A stretch of DNA of 62,644 nt, the filler included, from Globobulimina sp. (lineage: Eukaryota), in NCBI GenBank assembly GCA_003354225.1. It is 43 parts of 43 records of this genome, joined end to end, with 100 filler letters (N's around TTAATTAATTAA, not from the genome) between each part and the next. Parts side by side here need not be neighbours in the genome. Positions count along the whole stretch, not along the records: positions 61,287 to 62,644 come from PIVH01017998.1; 42 more parts are not named here. One strand, 5' to 3'. Both the position numbers and the translations under genes were made by a program. Position 1 is the stretch's first letter; each line of letters begins with the position of its first letter. Shown here one piece after another: positions 61,287 through 62,644 of this stretch. The notes under the pieces are model-generated. The model made no database searches, had not been told where the DNA came from, and worked only from the letters and a program-made list of their open reading frames with translations.

Positions 61287-62628
61287 AAATGTCTTGTGCA
61301 TTTGTGTTTTTAGATTGCATAGTTGCTTCACCCTGCATGACCCATGACATATTGTGCATATTCACTTCATTGTTTTCAGATTGTTCAGATTCAGTTTTCT
61401 CAGAAATATCAGACAAAAGATTCATATTAAGAAATGATTTATCAATAGAATGCATTAAGGATTTATCATAAATAACGTTGGATACAGTAGGTACATTCAA
61501 TACATTATCACCAACATTAACATCATCAATAACTAAAGGCATTGTTTCAATTTGCATTGGAAAATCTGTACCGGGTGCGGGCGTTGAATCATTTCCGCCA
61601 TCTGGCGCTGTTTCAACGGCGCCGGGCGCGGTTTCAATATTTTCGGTGTCGAGCGTCGATTCTACTGGAGCGTCATGCGTCGAATTCCATAGTGCGTCAT
61701 CATGCGTCAAGTCCATTAATGCGTCGTCATGCGTCGATTGCATGTCATGCGCCGAATCTGATTGACTGACTACAGTACCCGTGTGACTACTGGGCATCGA
61801 TTCTGTTGAGCTATTTTCAGTCCCAGTGTGACTGCTACGACTACTTTCACCCTCTGCGCCGTTTCCCTGCTGCCGATCACCACTTTCCTTCAACAAATTC
61901 TTTTTATTTTTCCTTTTTAACTTTTTGGCTTGATTTTTACTAAGTATTTTAGGTTCAAATATTTTGGGCAGCACTCCTCCCCCATTTTCTGTTTCTGTTT
62001 CAGGTTCTGCGCCAATTGATTCATCTTTTCGATCCCCATCACCATTTTTTTTCCAATCACCATCCCCAATTTCACTAAGTGTTTGTTCACCGAAAATTTT
62101 GGGCAGCACCCCTCCTCTAAAAATCTGTTTCTGTTCAGAAGCTGGACTTCCAAGTTGATCACCCTCACCATCTCCACTATTTATAGAGGGGTTTCCCAAA
62201 GGTAAAACCAATGGTACTCCGCTGGCCTCTGTTTCAATTTGATCTCCATCACCAATCACCATATTTATAGAGGGGTTTCCCAAAGGTAAAACCAATGGTA
62301 CTCCGCTGGCCTCTGTGTTGACTTGATCACCATTACCAATCACCATATTTATAGAGGGGTTTCCCAAAAATGGTACTCCACTGGCCTCTGTTTCAAGCTG
62401 ATCACCATCACCAATCACCATATTTATAGAGGGGTTTCCCAAAGGTAAAACCAATGGTACTCCGCTGGCCTCTGTTTCTGTTGTTTCACCATTTCCATCT
62501 CCACTATTTATAGAGGGGTTTCCCAAAGGTATAACCAATGGTACTCCACTGGCCTCTGTGTTGATTTGATCACCAATACCATTTTCTTCCATTTTCTTCT
62601 CCACTGATGAATTTTCTTTTTCTGCCAT
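61287..62628 (-). CDS. Acidic low-complexity protein with five ~28-aa tandem repeats (3' partial)
   Basis: TEASGVPLVLPLGNPSIN repeats (four 84-nt units, one 75-nt unit) at ~62150-62560, plus THDDA repeats. Confidence 0.7.
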
Positions 62629-62644
62629 TTTTCTGCAATATTTC

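Noticed and set aside
62150-62560. Repeat-spacer-like pattern as CRISPR
   Set aside because: The intervening segments are homologous to each other and in frame; it is a coding tandem repeat with no cas genes.
1-62644. Operon, gene-cluster or bacteria-to-eukaryote transfer inference from adjacency across contigs
   Set aside because: Contigs are ordered by length; neighbours across linkers are unrelated.

Overview
This window is not one locus. It is a concatenation of 43 unrelated contigs of about 1,358-1,361 bp, sorted by decreasing length and joined by an artificial 100-nt linker (44 N + TTAATTAATTAA + 44 N), so gene neighbourhood is only meaningful within a contig. Most contigs are AT-rich, gene-dense protist genomic DNA with short GT-AG introns (mostly 52-75 nt). 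A foraminiferan/rhizarian origin is my inference from gene style, not proven. Three contigs are bacterial (nth + excisionase + integrase; a beta-helix lipoprotein; asnB). Several carry transposon material (a Tc1/mariner-type MITE, foldback elements, a Helitron helicase, LINE ORF1/RT, a CRE-like element). Two domain architectures stand out. (1) 51081-52438 is a spliced gene in which an ammonium transporter (Amt/Mep) is fused in frame to a C-terminal RGS domain, a candidate ammonium-sensing regulator of heterotrimeric G proteins. (2) 35036-36394 is a single ORF joining the C-terminus of a family-A/TV-Pol-like polymerase to a non-LTR-type CCHC knuckle and the start of an RNase H. All calls are by-eye motif recognition; no database searches were run.
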